Made by a program: the position numbers and the translations under genes. From contig JARFYF010000017.1 of NCBI GenBank assembly GCA_030265395.1, forward strand, positions 39,276,767 to 39,340,766: a DNA stretch of 64,000 nucleotides. Reading direction: 5' to 3'. The stretch is from Rhina ancylostomus. Its lineage: Eukaryota. Positions 51,074 through 64,000 of the stretch are shown piece after piece. The notes under the pieces are model-generated. The model ran no database searches. It was not told where the DNA came from and saw only the letters and a program-made list of their open reading frames with translations. Within the stretch, counting starts at the first letter, position 1. The number at the start of each line of letters is the position of its first letter.

Positions 51074-54000
51074 CTGGGTAAAGGAAAACCATTGCTCATT
51101 TTTATTTTTTTGGAGTGGGGGAGAAATAAAACAGTCTGAGCATCACCAGCAAGGCCAGCATTTATTGCCCATCTCTAAGTACCCTTGAATTTGCTGGCTT
51201 GCTGGGCCATTTCAGAATCAACATTCATGGGGCCTGGATCTCATAAAAATGGCAGATTTTCTCCCTGATGCAAATCAACGAACTAGCTGTGTAATCGGTA
51301 ATGGTAATGGGGGTTTTGTCTTCATCATGATTACACCATTACTGGTTTTATTCTAAATTCCAGATTATTCACCGAGTTTAATTTTCGCAGATGTCATGAT
51401 GAGATTTGAATTCGGCTCTGCCTTGTTTATCCAAGCCACCAGACTATGAGTTATGTGCCTTAAACACTATGTCACCACCATGTGTGAGATCCATAACATA
51501 AATGAGATTTGCGCTTCTTTCAGGGGATCATCTGGTAATTGACCTTTATACATATCGGGTCTGGAGATCTTGCANNNNNNNNNNAAGTTATACCGTTACC
51601 TCTTGTTCCTGAATGATAATCACTCTAAAGTGGACCAAGAATGCAAGACTGGGAGCAATTTCCAGGGCAGAATAAAAGGCTGTGAGCTGCAATTGTTGTT
51701 TATACTTCCATGCGTGCGATGCACTAGCTCAGAGGCTGCAGGATACTGCAGTGGCATCAAACAACATCCAATGCTCATTTGCTATTATGCCCACACTTAT
51801 GAGGGCAGCGAGACCACTGTCACAGCTGGTGGGTTGAGGCCTAATGCAGTTATAAAGGGCCTGATCCAACCTGGTCTGCTGCCCATTCTTTTCCAGGTAA
51901 GTGGCCCTAACTTACATCATTATTGATCACTTTTACCCCCACCTTGCTGCAGATATCCTCAGCCATCACTTACCCACCACTCCCACCATCCTTACCCACT
52001 ACTCCCACCACCTTGTTGTAAACATCCTCAGCTAACCTTGCATCATCTGCGTGACCCTACCCACCCCCACCCACCCAAATCATTCGCCCAACAGCCCCAG
52101 TCCAGCGATCCTCTCTCCAACCCTCCCAACTTCAACCTANNNNNNNNNNNNNNNNNNNNNNNNNNNAAACTCCTCCATTATACAATCCTGTCCTTGGGAT
52201 AAGCTAACACATGCAACTTTGCACATGCCAAATGTTCACTCTCCACCATTGACTGCTCTGCCTTCCGATGCCAAGCTCTGATCCTCTCCATAAGCCTCTC
52301 ACCCTTCCTTTAAGGAGTTTGCAAAGATCTGCATCTTCAGCCAAAAGTCCTAACAACCTAATATCTTCCTTTGTGATACTGAACCAGAGTTTGTCTGATA
52401 CCGCTGGAGATGGTTCCTTCCATTAAAGATGCTCTGTGAATACAAATCGTTATCAGATTTCCGGTAACATATAAATGAAATATTAAAATAACAACCACCT
52501 AGTGAATTCCACTTAATGGTCTCAAAGCCTTAAATTGCAAAGAGGGTATGTGCAGACTTAAACTTTGCCAATAATCTCTTTTCTTTAATAGCGCACTTTT
52601 AATGTGACTGGAATCAGAAACTTCAGCCAGGAACACGCTATTCTTTTTATAGAACATTTTGCTACCTTTCCCCCTACAATGGGCTGTGAATAAGAATGAT
52701 ACAGCAAATCAATTCCAACAGGATGGAAAGCGAAAACAGCTACCTATCATTGGGGAATAACAAGAGCAACTGCAGATCTGGAGGAAAGCAATAAAATATT
52801 TTATATGTAATTGACTTGCCCTATAAAATAGGCATTATTCTGGTATTTGCTTGTTAACTATTCATTTATGCACATAGCCTGGATCAGGACATTTCAACAA
52901 CTGTTTACATTTTGTTTGGCAGTGCTTCTTTCAATATAAAAGGGATGAATCAATTTCAAAACAAACTTTTGAAATGGTGGTAAAGTGAGAATGCTGATCA
53001 TGATCTGGAAAGATGACAAAGTAGTACGATCACAGACATACTCAGTGTTACCCAATACTTCCTAAGTGGACAGTTAAAACAGAACTAGAGATCATTCCAG
53101 AGAATTCTAAAAATAACTTAGTTATGCCTTATAAGGAAACAGAAAACCAAGTAATGCCACACAGTCATTCCATCCGCAATCATTCACAAACACATCAAGC
53201 TATAGGAACTGACAGGTTTTCCATGTTATGAGCGACACCTTATTTTGATCCGATTGATTTAGATGTGGGTTTTTGTACTCGAGTTTCATATGATTCCATG
53301 CAATGAGATTATAAAACATCTAGAATTTTAGTGCTCAGCAGAGTAAAACAGAAGTGAAGTAAGACTGTGGAGTGTTCAGCATGGAGTTAATTATGGAGAA
53401 GCACACCAATTTATCAAAACTTTGCATGTAGGCCAAACAACATGTAAAAATTAAAGGAATGAAGCGTAGTGTAAGCATTTCAAATAGAACAGCCTCCCAC
53501 AGCAAGTAATGCCAAATTACTTCACCTTTTGAATGCCATCCATTCCAGCTGAAAACTGCATGAAATCATTTGTACTTTGCCATACTGAATACATTCCTTG
53601 TTAAAACCAACATGCATGTGGATTTTCAGATCTAGCTGATATTCACAAATGCACTTAGTGAATTCTCATGGCCACCAGCAGATCAAACCAGTTTTATTCC
53701 GTACCGTTAATCCACAGTATTTTTGCTTTTGCTGTCCAAAGCCAAAATGACAATGGCCTGGTAACACTGCTATGAAGGTATGAAGAAATACCATGTGTTT
53801 TGATGTACATGTGACTCATAAAGAAATCTTATCTTATGAAGGGTATAAGGCCATTTGAAAAAAGGGCAAATACTAAAGGTTTTGCTCTAAATAATGCATC
53901 AATTCCTCTTCCCATTATTCCAGTGGTCCAATTCCGCAGTATTTTCTTTTGAAATTTGAGAATCAGATTTTTTTCCAGACATTACGCCCTATACCTTTGT

Positions 54001-55559
54001 ACCCACTGTTCCACTTTCCAACCTGTACCACTTCCAATGGCAAATGGTCCTAGGGTATTAATAGGTTTTATTTTCATAGGTTTTGGAAATAAACTATCCT
54101 GAACAAAATGGTAAATGGCATTATAGTATGCAAGAGAAGTCACTGGGTAACATCATAGATAAGTAAATAACACAAGATGGTTCTAGAAGGACCAAAACAT
54201 GGCCTATCTCAAGACAAAGCATCAGAATTTAAAAAACAAAATTAACAGAGAAAATTAAAATGAGTGTCGAGAACATAAGTTAGATAGCAACAAGAAACAA
54301 GTGTCCAATTCTTGATAAAAGAGAGGGAAACTTCAGCAAAGTCAAAGCTGTGGATGCAGTGGCTGGAGAGATTGGCCTCGGCTGCTGATGAGCTACTTTC
54401 CAAATCACCTTCCTTGCACACAAAGAGTGCTGCAATAGTTCATGTGCCAACGCATCATCAGGGTAAGTGACAGATAAGTAACAGGATAATTGAACAATTT
54501 ATCACAAAATCCACAGGAGGACCTAAATGTTAATGAACAGCTTAAGATCAGGCTGACTCGTGGGCTTCAGTTCTTCTAATAATGGAAGCTGGACAGGTTC
54601 AACTTTAGAACAATTTGAACACATCCATATACTCAAGGCAGAGATAGATTTTTAGATACCAATGGAATAAGGGATACGGGGTCATTTCAGGAAAGTGACA
54701 CTTAGGTAGATGATCAGCTATGATCTTATCAAATTATGGGGCAAGCACAAGGACTGAATTACCTCCCCTTGACTCTAATTTTTATAAAAGCCATCTACTC
54801 CTCATGAATTTCTCCAACATGAACTAGGGATCAGGGTTTTAAATGGAATGGAGGCAATCAAATACAATCAGTGGTTATGCTTGCAGTTGGATTAGGATAC
54901 AGTTGGTTCTAACGTAGTGAATCTAAGGTATGGGTATCTAATCTAAACTGTGATGGACACAACTTTGCCTTTCTCCACCCCTTCTGCACTTTTTGAACAG
55001 CTCTCATAGATTGGAGCACAATGAATTTTAGGAATGAGACACATTTCTTCCAATGGAAGAAAGGAAAATAATTTATACCAAAGTTAATCAGTTAAAAAGA
55101 GATGCAACTGGTGGTTCTCAGAGGAAACATTAAATTGGACAGATAGGTTTTTGACATTCTGTGGCACTGGACTCAAAAGGCTGAGAAAATCATCCCTGGC
55201 TTCTTTCAGTTTCTGCACAATCTTTAAGTAGCACAATTGAGAAGATGTTGTCTTCAATAACAATCATTCCACATTGTATTTGTCAATTGGCCAAGGATTA
55301 GACCGCCATCAGCATCCTTCAGCATCAAAGAGGCTTTTAATTCAATGAGAGCACAAATTTCTTTCTCATTAAAATAAAGAACACATGATTGTTACTGCTG
55401 ACATAAAAAAATGTCCCTAAGTGAGGTCATATGAAGATTTGATTTCCTTACCTAAAATAAGGGCATGCTTGCTATAGAAAGAGTTCAAGCAAAGATTTAC
55501 CAGGCTGGTTCTGAGGATGGCATGTCTGACATAGAAAGAAGGATTGAGTAGGGCAGCCC

Positions 55560-55930
55560 TCTACTCTCATTGCAGGATACACAATTCTTAGAGGGCTCAG
55601 AAGGGTTAAAAAGGGGAGAATGTTTCCCTGGCTGAGTAATCTGGAAATAGAGATCAGTTTCAAAATAAGGGGTAGGCCATTTAGGACACAAATGTGGAGA
55701 AATTTCTACAGTCCAAGGGGTGAAGAATCTTTGAAGGTCCTTACCTAATGATGTCTCGGTCATCATTCACCCAAAACAGAGATAAATTGTACTTCTGTAT
55801 ATTAGAGGAATCAAAGGATGTAGGGGTAGGACAGAAAAATGGCATTGAGGAAGAAGATCAGTAACACATTTATTGAGTAGGGTTATAACAGGGTTATAGA
55901 GCCCATGGCCTAATTCTATGACTATGTCTT
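55560..55930 (+). mobile_element. CR1 LINE 3' fragment (another at ~54590-54780)
   Basis: tcaaaataaggggtaggccatttaggaca...gaagaatctttg...ggaatcaaagg...gaagatcag. Confidence 0.65.
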
Positions 55931-56974
55931 GCAAATTTATATCCTTATCTAAACAGGAAAACCCTCAAAATACTTAATTTATTTTTGTAAAAATCCAATT
56001 GCATCAAACAGGGGTTTCTTCACTTTCAATTTGAAAGGGACGTGAGCTGGCAAAGTTAAAACAGATATGTACAAAAAGTTAATTCTCTTCCAGCTTAATT
56101 TCTTCTTTCAAAGCACCTGCAATGAAGTGAGTTAGTTCAATTTTCTTTAAGTAATCAGATTAGGGGAAAACAGATACAGATGTAGGACAGTGAAAACTGT
56201 TTAGAAATGGTTGAATCTGCTTCAGGTGAGAACTTCACTTGCGATGAGAGCTGATGCTGATAACCTCTGGGCTGCACCCAGAGTCTTTTCGCCAGTGTGG
56301 AGAGGGATATTTCTCTGGAGTTTATGGGGGGTGGGGGGAGAAGGTACTCTCCCCAGAATAACCATTGGAAACCACATTAAAATTCAGGAACACAAATATT
56401 AGATCAGCAGCAGCAGTGAGTGGGTTAATTAAACCATCTCCACAATCATTCATATGCTTAATTGCGCACCATGGGTGGGAAGGGGCAGTAGGATACAGAC
56501 CTAACAAGTATACTTCTACAGCACATTAACTAAGTTCTTAATTTAAAATAGTGAAAGCTTACTGTAAATATTTACAGTGAGTGCAAATGATAAATTGACA
56601 TGCAGACAGAAGACTCTTTCCAGTAATAACACTCATACACACTCTCCCCTTCATCTGTGATGCTATTTCTACAATATGCAAGAAGTGTTTCATGTTGACT
56701 ATCTTACCAAGTATTAGGCATTAGCTTATTTTTGGCTTTTTATGCATTTCCAAACTTTTTTTTCTTGCATGGTGTATTTGTACAGTATGAATGTAAAAAT
56801 AAAAGTTCTCTCTTCATCATGTGTTTATTAATCACTTTGGTAAGATAGCAGGCAACCAAGTTCCTCATGCAATATTCACTGTACCATCATTGAGGATAAA
56901 TCTTTACACTCTTGCTACTAGTTTTAGACTGGTGTCTGCTTTTGGTTGGGAGAAATGAGCTCTATTCTTTAGTG

Positions 56975-57170
56975 CCATAGAAAGGCACAGCACAGAAACA
57001 GGCCCTTCGGCCCACTGACTCTGTTCTGACCATCAACCACCCATCTACTCTAATCTTACATTAATGCTTTTTTTAAATTCTTCTCACTTTCCCCATCAAC
57101 TTCCCCCAGATTTTGCCACTCACCTACACAATAGGGGGAATTTACAGTGGGCAATTAACCTACTGACTCA
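56975..57170 (-). mobile_element. SINE/CR1-tail fragment
   Basis: catagaaaggcacagcacagaaacaggcccttcggccc...aatttacagtgggcaattaaccta. Confidence 0.7.
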
Positions 57171-57254
57171 CATTTCTCACCCTGATCAGAGAAATGGACC
57201 CATTTGCACAGTCTGGTATGAGCAGTCTGACACCAATGGCATAATACTGTCTGC

Positions 57255-57660
57255 TGTGGCTTCAGTTGGAGCACCCTACCTCAATCAGAAGGCTGTCCCA
57301 CTGAAGAGCTTCGAGCATTTAATCCAGGCAGATGCTCCTGTGCAGTATTCAGGAACTGCTGCATTTTCAGATCAACACTTTAACCAGGGTCCCATTTGCT
57401 CTCTCAGCTGGAAGTATAGGATCCCTTGATACTAATACAAAAGTGAGTATTCCTGGAGTTCTGTCCAGAATTTCATCATCATCAAACACCACTAATAAGT
57501 TCTCAACTGGTCTTTATCACCTTCCTATTTAAGGGAGTTTGTTGTGTGTAAATCTGTGGCTTTTTCCTATACTGAAACAGAGGCTATACTTCAAAGGAAG
57601 GATTTCATTGGTTGAAATGCCCTTCATGATTTTTCAAATACATTGTGTAAATATGGGCCT
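57255..57660 (+). mobile_element. Ancient Deu-domain SINE, decayed
   Basis: aatccaggcagatgctcctgtgcagtattcaggaactgctgca...ctctcagctggaagtataggatccc. Confidence 0.6.
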
Positions 57661-57760
57661 CCCTTTCTTCTCTAAATGATTGACTTACACTTGGAATACT
57701 TAATAAGTGAATCACACTGCTAAATTTGAATTAATACAAGTTTAAAACTGCTCTGTAAAA

Positions 57761-58790
57761 CTAGTATTATAGCTTATTAAGAACAAGTTTCACCTGCAAG
57801 ATCACTAGTCTCTACCACTTAAACTGCATGCATCGCAGTCCATGTGATTTGCTAACTCTCCAGGTTGGGGTAAAATTAAGAATGTAAGCAACCAGTAGAA
57901 AGAATGAGAACTCTCATTTCCCAACTTCGTTTGTTAGAAATTGTGCTCAAAATGTCTTTTCCGGGGGAACCATGATGCAGAATGTTGCTTAAAACAGATG
58001 GAAGACCTGAGTTTGCTTCAAATCAGCAGATCATTTTAAATTCCTAATTATCTAATGAACTCCTGATGAAAGAGTAGCGACGTGTTCAGCGCACTTAAAG
58101 CTTGGCACTTCCTGTCATCTAACATCCACTGCCATTAGGTGGACCTGACCTCCCATGTTTTGGTTTTATGTTATTTTTGAGTGGAGCCCTACTGAAAGTA
58201 TGATCAATAACATTGCATTGAGGGAAACCAGGAAACTAGGCATCCACTACGTTTGTGAACAGATCTAACAACTGCACATCTCCTTAACCAGTTAGACCAA
58301 CTGACCATGAAGTAAACAGGGCAAGGACTGAAGTGGAAGAGTCAGTTAGACTGAGCCAACTCAACATCTGAACCAAATTACTGCAGACATTAAAAATCAG
58401 ATAATCATCAAAGAGGAGGAGGCTATTCAACCCAATACTGGGTTTTTATACCGTTCTCTTTTATACTCCACCTGCTTCCTTCAAGTGAAAGCTGTTGCAA
58501 CAGGGACTAGATAATTAGGAATTTAAACTGATCATCTGTTTTAACTAACCCTCTGCACCACAGCTACCCCAGTGAAGAGATTTTGTGAGCAATTTCTAAA
58601 AAAAAACAGGACTGGGAAATCAGAGTTCTTGTTCTTTCTACTGGTTACTTACATTCTTAATTTTACCCCAATCTGGAGAGTTGGCAAATCACATAGACTG
58701 CGATGCACACATTGTAAGTGATAGAGAAGAGTGATCTTGTAGGTGAAATTTTTTCTCCATGAGCTAATGATGATGCTATAATAATATTAG
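57761..58790. repeat. ~1 kb element with ~270-bp inverted arms (probable non-autonomous TIR DNA transposon / fold-back)
   Basis: 57770-58054 is the reverse complement of 58508-58766, e.g. gcatcgcagtc.atgtgatttgc.aactctccag.ttggggtaaaattaagaatgtaag.aaccagtagaaagaa. Confidence 0.85.
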
Positions 58791-61479
58791 CTTATCGGCG
58801 GTGCTTGCCTCTTGTGGAACACTCTCTGTTCTGGTGCTGCTCTGGTCATTCCCTTGGCCCCTTTTCCACCACACTAATAACGGTGGCACCTTCCCTTCAC
58901 AGCTGAACTGGGAAAGTTCAGCATCGTGAAGCCTGACCTGCTGCATAGTTTCCCACACTGTCCAAATACAATGTCAAATCAGGCACAGACGGAAGAGAAA
59001 AATAGAGGGGAAAGTTTAGATCAGGAGATATAAAAGAGACAGCAATGAATAAGAAAAGGTCTTTGACGACTAAAGAATCGAGACTGTATAGTTTATAATA
59101 ATTTCCAGTGCCAGAGAGGTTGACTGGCAGTAGTTAACACACTTAGATTGAAATATTATTTTCTGAGATTCATGTTTTCCATGCAGAGGCAGCAATTTCT
59201 CATTGCTCAATGCATTTTATTGGTAAGACAGAGAGAAATACGCATATAAGCATTTCAGGTCAGGAGACGATGGATCAAGGGAGCCCCTTAGTTGTTGCCA
59301 AACCAGTAATCTTCCAACAGCCCACTTGGCAGTGAAGATGGTACCTTACCACACTCCTTGGGGTGAATCTTCTAGCCCCTGAATCAGCGGGCATTCTCCG
59401 TTTTCTAGGATTCAGGCCCTGCCAAGAGTTTTCGGTGCACACAGTCTGCCTCAGACAGTTTGAGACCCTGGGAATTCTGGGTCTTGAAGGCAGAGGTGGT
59501 GTGGTAGGGATGGGGAAGTAGGATAATGCAAAAAAAATCTTTGTACTTCTTAAATAAGGACAGCATCCTGGTTTCCAACAGACTTTCCAAGCAGTATTTT
59601 CAGTTATTGAAAATAAAACATCCTGACAAGCCCACTTGTCCCTCAGTGCTGGAGTATTTGTTCTGGGTTACTTCTATTTTTAGGTCTTCTTAAGAATCTT
59701 TTATGACACGTTATTTCTAGAGTCTATGCAAGTCTCAATGAATCTAAAGTTTTCACGACCAATGAGGTTTCTACAATGGTGAAGTAATTTTTCTTTGCAT
59801 ACAATGTCTGTATTTGCTAGAGTTTCAATGGTTGTACTTAAAAAAAATATAGAACTGGCAGAGAAAGATTTCTGTAAAATTGTGTTGGTTAATGCCTTAA
59901 TTATTTGCCACACAGCCCCAGAAAAAGCTAGCTACATAGAATCAGTGATGAACATTCAAATCTGGAAAGGTAAATTAAATTACAGTGCATTTAGTGTAGT
60001 CAATCAATGATTGTTTCTTTCATCCAGTTTTACAACTACAAGGATTTTCCTTAGAAACATTCATTGCAAATTATTTCTCAGATGGGACTTAATTATTAGA
60101 CAAAACTAAAGCCACCACATGTATTGAGCCAAATGCACTTCAAAAGGATGCATCCAAGATGATACAATACCGGAGTGGAACTCGAGCCATAATTTAAATT
60201 GAGGTCTGGATATTCTGCTTCTAAGATTATTAACATATGCTTTCAGACTGACTTTTTCTCCTGAATGTCCTCTCATAATGATTTTGTTAATGTGAATGTG
60301 TTAATTGCCGAATATGATCTTTCCTATGGAAATAAACACGCTTAACATTACAAATTCTATTCCGAAACACTGCCCTGTATATTTTCTTCCCCTCCTCTCC
60401 TCCCCCAAGGGGTGCTTTTTATTAAATTGAAGCTTGGGAATTTGCAACTCAAATTATAAAATTATTCCAGTTATAAATTGGACAAAGGCAACTTTACAAA
60501 CCTGCTAAAAATCGCTAAGCGAGCATTGGGGAAGGGTGTGGCTTTAACACTGATGTCACCAGTACAATTCAAGGGCTGGTCATAAAACCCCTACACAGCA
60601 ACAGTTGGCCAGTGGCACAGTATGCGCTGAAGTGTCAGCCTACCAGACCCATTTGGGAGCTTGATGGGTCCATTGATCATGGCTGAGTGATGCACGTAAC
60701 AGCCACAAATGAGATGGAGAGTGGAGAGTGGAGAGTGGAGGTGGAGTTCAGGTAGGACAATCTGATCATTGTGTTTGGCAAACAGCAGAATGGTGCAATT
60801 CAGTCCGAAAGATTCGTATGTTCACGATTATTCTCACATCTGCCCCAGGCTTAGAGCTGCTGTGACATTTTTCAATAACTAATGGTCAATGATACTTGCC
60901 ATATTAAAACTGCAAATGTCTTCGTCACTGACTCCTCTGGTAATGGTGAAATGCAATGCATTTCCTTGATAGAGGTGACTGATAAAGTTCACAAAAATCG
61001 AGAATGATTCATCAAACTGAGTGATAACAAACTGACTGTGAAGTGAAAGACTAAGCTGAAACCAAATGTATGCTAACCTCCAAAACAAATGTCTGCTGAA
61101 TCTTGCTGGTAAAATTCCAACCGCTCCATGTTGAAAATCCAGTAGATGCAACCAGGCCTGGGACTCTGGTGCATGGAGCAGGAGGCCAAACGTGCTGACA
61201 GATTCCTGCCAGTAAATCCATCAGCATGTTCCACCACAGCACTTTGCATGGACGCCATTTGCACAGCGCAAAATTGATGTGTGTTTATCGGCTCCTGGAT
61301 CTTGTAGCAGGTTAGTCCTGACACAGGGCTATGACTGCATTCATTTCAATAAGATTTTACAGTTGCAAGGAAGGAGGGTAGGAAAAAATTTACATTTTCC
61401 TTTCGTCATTTGTACAGGAAATAACACCCTAGCTGTTTATGATTTTTTTTATTATTTGTAAAAATATTACATTATATTA

Positions 61480-62000
61480 CATAGGAAACTGAGGGGTGGC
61501 CTGATAGAGGTTTATAAAATCATGAGGGGCATAGATGAGGTGAATAGCCACAGTCTTTTCCCCGGGGTAGGGGAGTCCATAGATTTAGAGTGAGAGGGGA
61601 AAAATTTTAAATGGACCCGAGGGGCAACATTTTCACACAGCGAGTGGTGAGTATATGGATCGAGCTGCCAAAGGAAGTGTTGGAGGAAGCTATAATTAAA
61701 ACATTTAGAAAGGCATTTNNNNNNNNNNNNNNNNNNNNNNNNNNNNNNNNNNNNNNNNNNNNNNNNNNNNNNNNNNNNNNNNNNNNNNNNNNNNNNNNNN
61801 NNNNNNNNNNNNNNNNNNCCAAAGGAAGTGTTGGAGGAAGCTATAATTAAAAAATTTAGAAAGGCATTTTGACAGGTACATGTTTAGTAAAGGTTGAGAG
61901 GAATATGGGCCAAACACAGGCAAATGAGACAAGCTCAGTTAGACAACTTGGTTGGCATGGACGTTGGGCTAAAGGACCTGTTTCTGTGCTCTATGGCTTT
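61480..62000 (+). mobile_element. CR1 LINE 3' end spanning an assembly gap
   Basis: RKLRGGLIEVYKIMRG, GNIFTQRVVSIWIELP remnants; 3' tail gggctaaaggacctgtttctgtgct. Confidence 0.85.
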
Positions 62001-64000
62001 ATATTTCAATATTTACTAAAAAACAGTGTATTTTTAATAGCTTTTGAATGCTTTTATACAACGGAGTGTCTATAAGCATTCTAAAAGCTTTTATAGAATA
62101 AAAGTCCAGGGGCTTGGCTTTGGTAATGGTCAAAGATTCGCGCAGCAGTTTTGTAGATGGGACTTATTCTGGCCTGTCCAAGAGACCTGTTTATGTTGCA
62201 CAGGGCCCTGGCACTGCTTGGCCGGCATTCAATCTTCCAGATCAGAGCTTGGTTAATGCAATGGGGACTCCAAGCAGCAAGAACAATTGCTGGGCCCCAC
62301 TCAGCATAATCTGGATCAAAAAGGCAACAGATAAAGTTACTTGAAGGTGTCTTTGATGAGATCAGTACGAGTGCAACAATTAGAGTGTTTCGTTGAATGT
62401 GCAAGACAAATTGTTTTCAATAAATCAGCACGTTGCAGAATCCTCAAATCACTTTTTAACAAAAATAACATAATGCAATAGTTAATTTAAGCTCTTTGGG
62501 ATATAAAAAAAATCACCACAGCAATAGATCATGATTGGCACTGCATGAAAAAAATATATTTGCAAGTCTGTAGGAAAAGATGGATTCAAAGATATTGGCA
62601 ATATCACAATTCGAAAATAGCCAAATTGAACAACGCATAGTATTTGCTGACTCCCAGCCAGAACCACAACTGCAGAGAATTTAGACAGTTGCTGTACTGT
62701 CAAAATGTCTCTGTTAGCAATTTGATACAACCACAGAAAATCATATTCAATTTTCCATAGTTCACTGTTCTCCCCATCATAGGGTGGGTGATAGAATGGC
62801 CTTGGAATAGTCAGACGAAGGCCAAAAGATCTACCTGCACCTTAAAGACATTTATATATTGAGATGGACAAAGACCTGATCTATGAACATTGGAGGCTAC
62901 CAAGTAGAATATATAAATTATTGAAAGGGCTGAATTGTGCACTTACTGATAGATCATATCAGATTACAGAAAAGCAATTGATCATGCACTAACATCTGCA
63001 AGAGGAGGAGACGGCCAGATGTTAGAGATTGCTCCATTACATTGCCCACTGCCCAACTAAACATTATCAAAAGTGAGCCAAACTGGTTTGATGCTGGGAC
63101 AGAGATCATTGCAAAGAAAATTTCAGCATTTAACTCATGTACAGTTCTTGAGATATCCTGGACCTGTTTCAAAACAACCAAGAGGAATAATGGAGAGTTT
63201 TTCAGCTTTGCTTTCTCTTGTTAGGCCTGTTTTTTTCCCTTTTTCTGCTTTTCCCAAGAGGGATGTGCATGCACACATGTATAATAGGAAGTGCCTGGTC
63301 AGGCATAATCTCCCGGCATAACTGTCAGGAAAACATGAACCATTGACTGGTGTATTCCTGCCTGTTACTTTGGCATGCTCATGGATAACATTTTTTTTAA
63401 TTTTCAGAGGCTCACAGAAAGTGTTTACCTGTTAAAGGCCTATATTGTCCAAAAAATGTGTTACACAGTATAGAAGAGTAATTAGGCAGAAAGATTTGGT
63501 AAGAACAATGAATAAAAATTTGAAGAAGACTTCAATACATCTCTTGGCCCAGCACACTGGGAAAGGTGGCTTGATGAGAACCCTGTTTTTTTTAAAAGTG
63601 CACCCTTCAAGAAATTCTCATCACAAATATTGTAACCTATTTATTTCTTCAAAATGCCCAGTGAGGTAGGCAAGGCAGAACGTTCATGCTGTGTTCCGGT
63701 GTAAGTAGTAGTAAGCAGGTAGAATGACCAGTTCTGATTAAAGGTCGTCAATCTGAGATATTAACTCTGGTTCCCCCTCCAAATGTGCCACTTAAGTGTT
63801 AGTATTTTCAGCATTTTTTGCTTTCATTGTGCCCTTGATACTTTGCATGACAAGATGCCATCTGTGCTGGATTGCGAGGAACAGACCATAGTATGAGCAC
63901 AGCCCTTTTTTCAAGAGGAAGCAGAAGCTTTCAATGAGAGTGCCTGGCTTTCAATTCTCGAAGCAAACCCTGCAGTAGTGGACTTGAAGGTGTTAAAGGT

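Noticed and set aside
61668-61870. ~51-bp direct duplication flanking a 100-N run
   Set aside because: Near-identical sequence on both sides of a fixed-size gap with one mismatch: an unmerged contig overlap or heterozygosity, not biology
62954-63181. Minus-strand ORF after ttttgaaacag as the next FHOD1 exon
   Set aside because: Translation does not match the expected LPDQDSFYDV-type FH3 exon; I could not find that exon, so it is probably beyond the window
1-64000. Prokaryote-type systems (CRISPR arrays, operons, true tRNA/rRNA genes)
   Set aside because: Eukaryotic intron-rich locus; tRNA-like sequences are SINE heads, there is no regularly spaced repeat-spacer array, and the short ORFs are intronic noise or repeat-derived

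Overview
Vertebrate genomic DNA, almost certainly a cartilaginous fish (shark/ray-type SINEs, CR1, Rex1/Babar, RTE and Penelope-like repeats), with several N runs. The window lies inside one minus-strand gene, the formin FHOD1 (FHOD1-type residues rather than FHOD3-type). I can trace about 13 exons from 51073 to 237. They cover the end of the GBD/FH3 region, a linker with small phase-2 cassette exons, the poly-proline FH1 and most of FH2; both gene ends lie outside the window. Introns are repeat-rich. Most notable are (1) a family of Penelope-derived repeats carrying minimal hammerhead-ribozyme motifs, one as a fold-back pair, (2) a ~2 kb decayed Helitron with PIF1-helicase remnants and a canonical 3' hairpin/CTAG, (3) a ~1 kb element with ~270-bp inverted arms, and (4) several candidate alternative-splicing features (48-nt cassette exons, GC versus GT donors, a NAGNAG acceptor). 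All calls were made by eye. Family names and human comparisons come from recalled sequences, not database searches.
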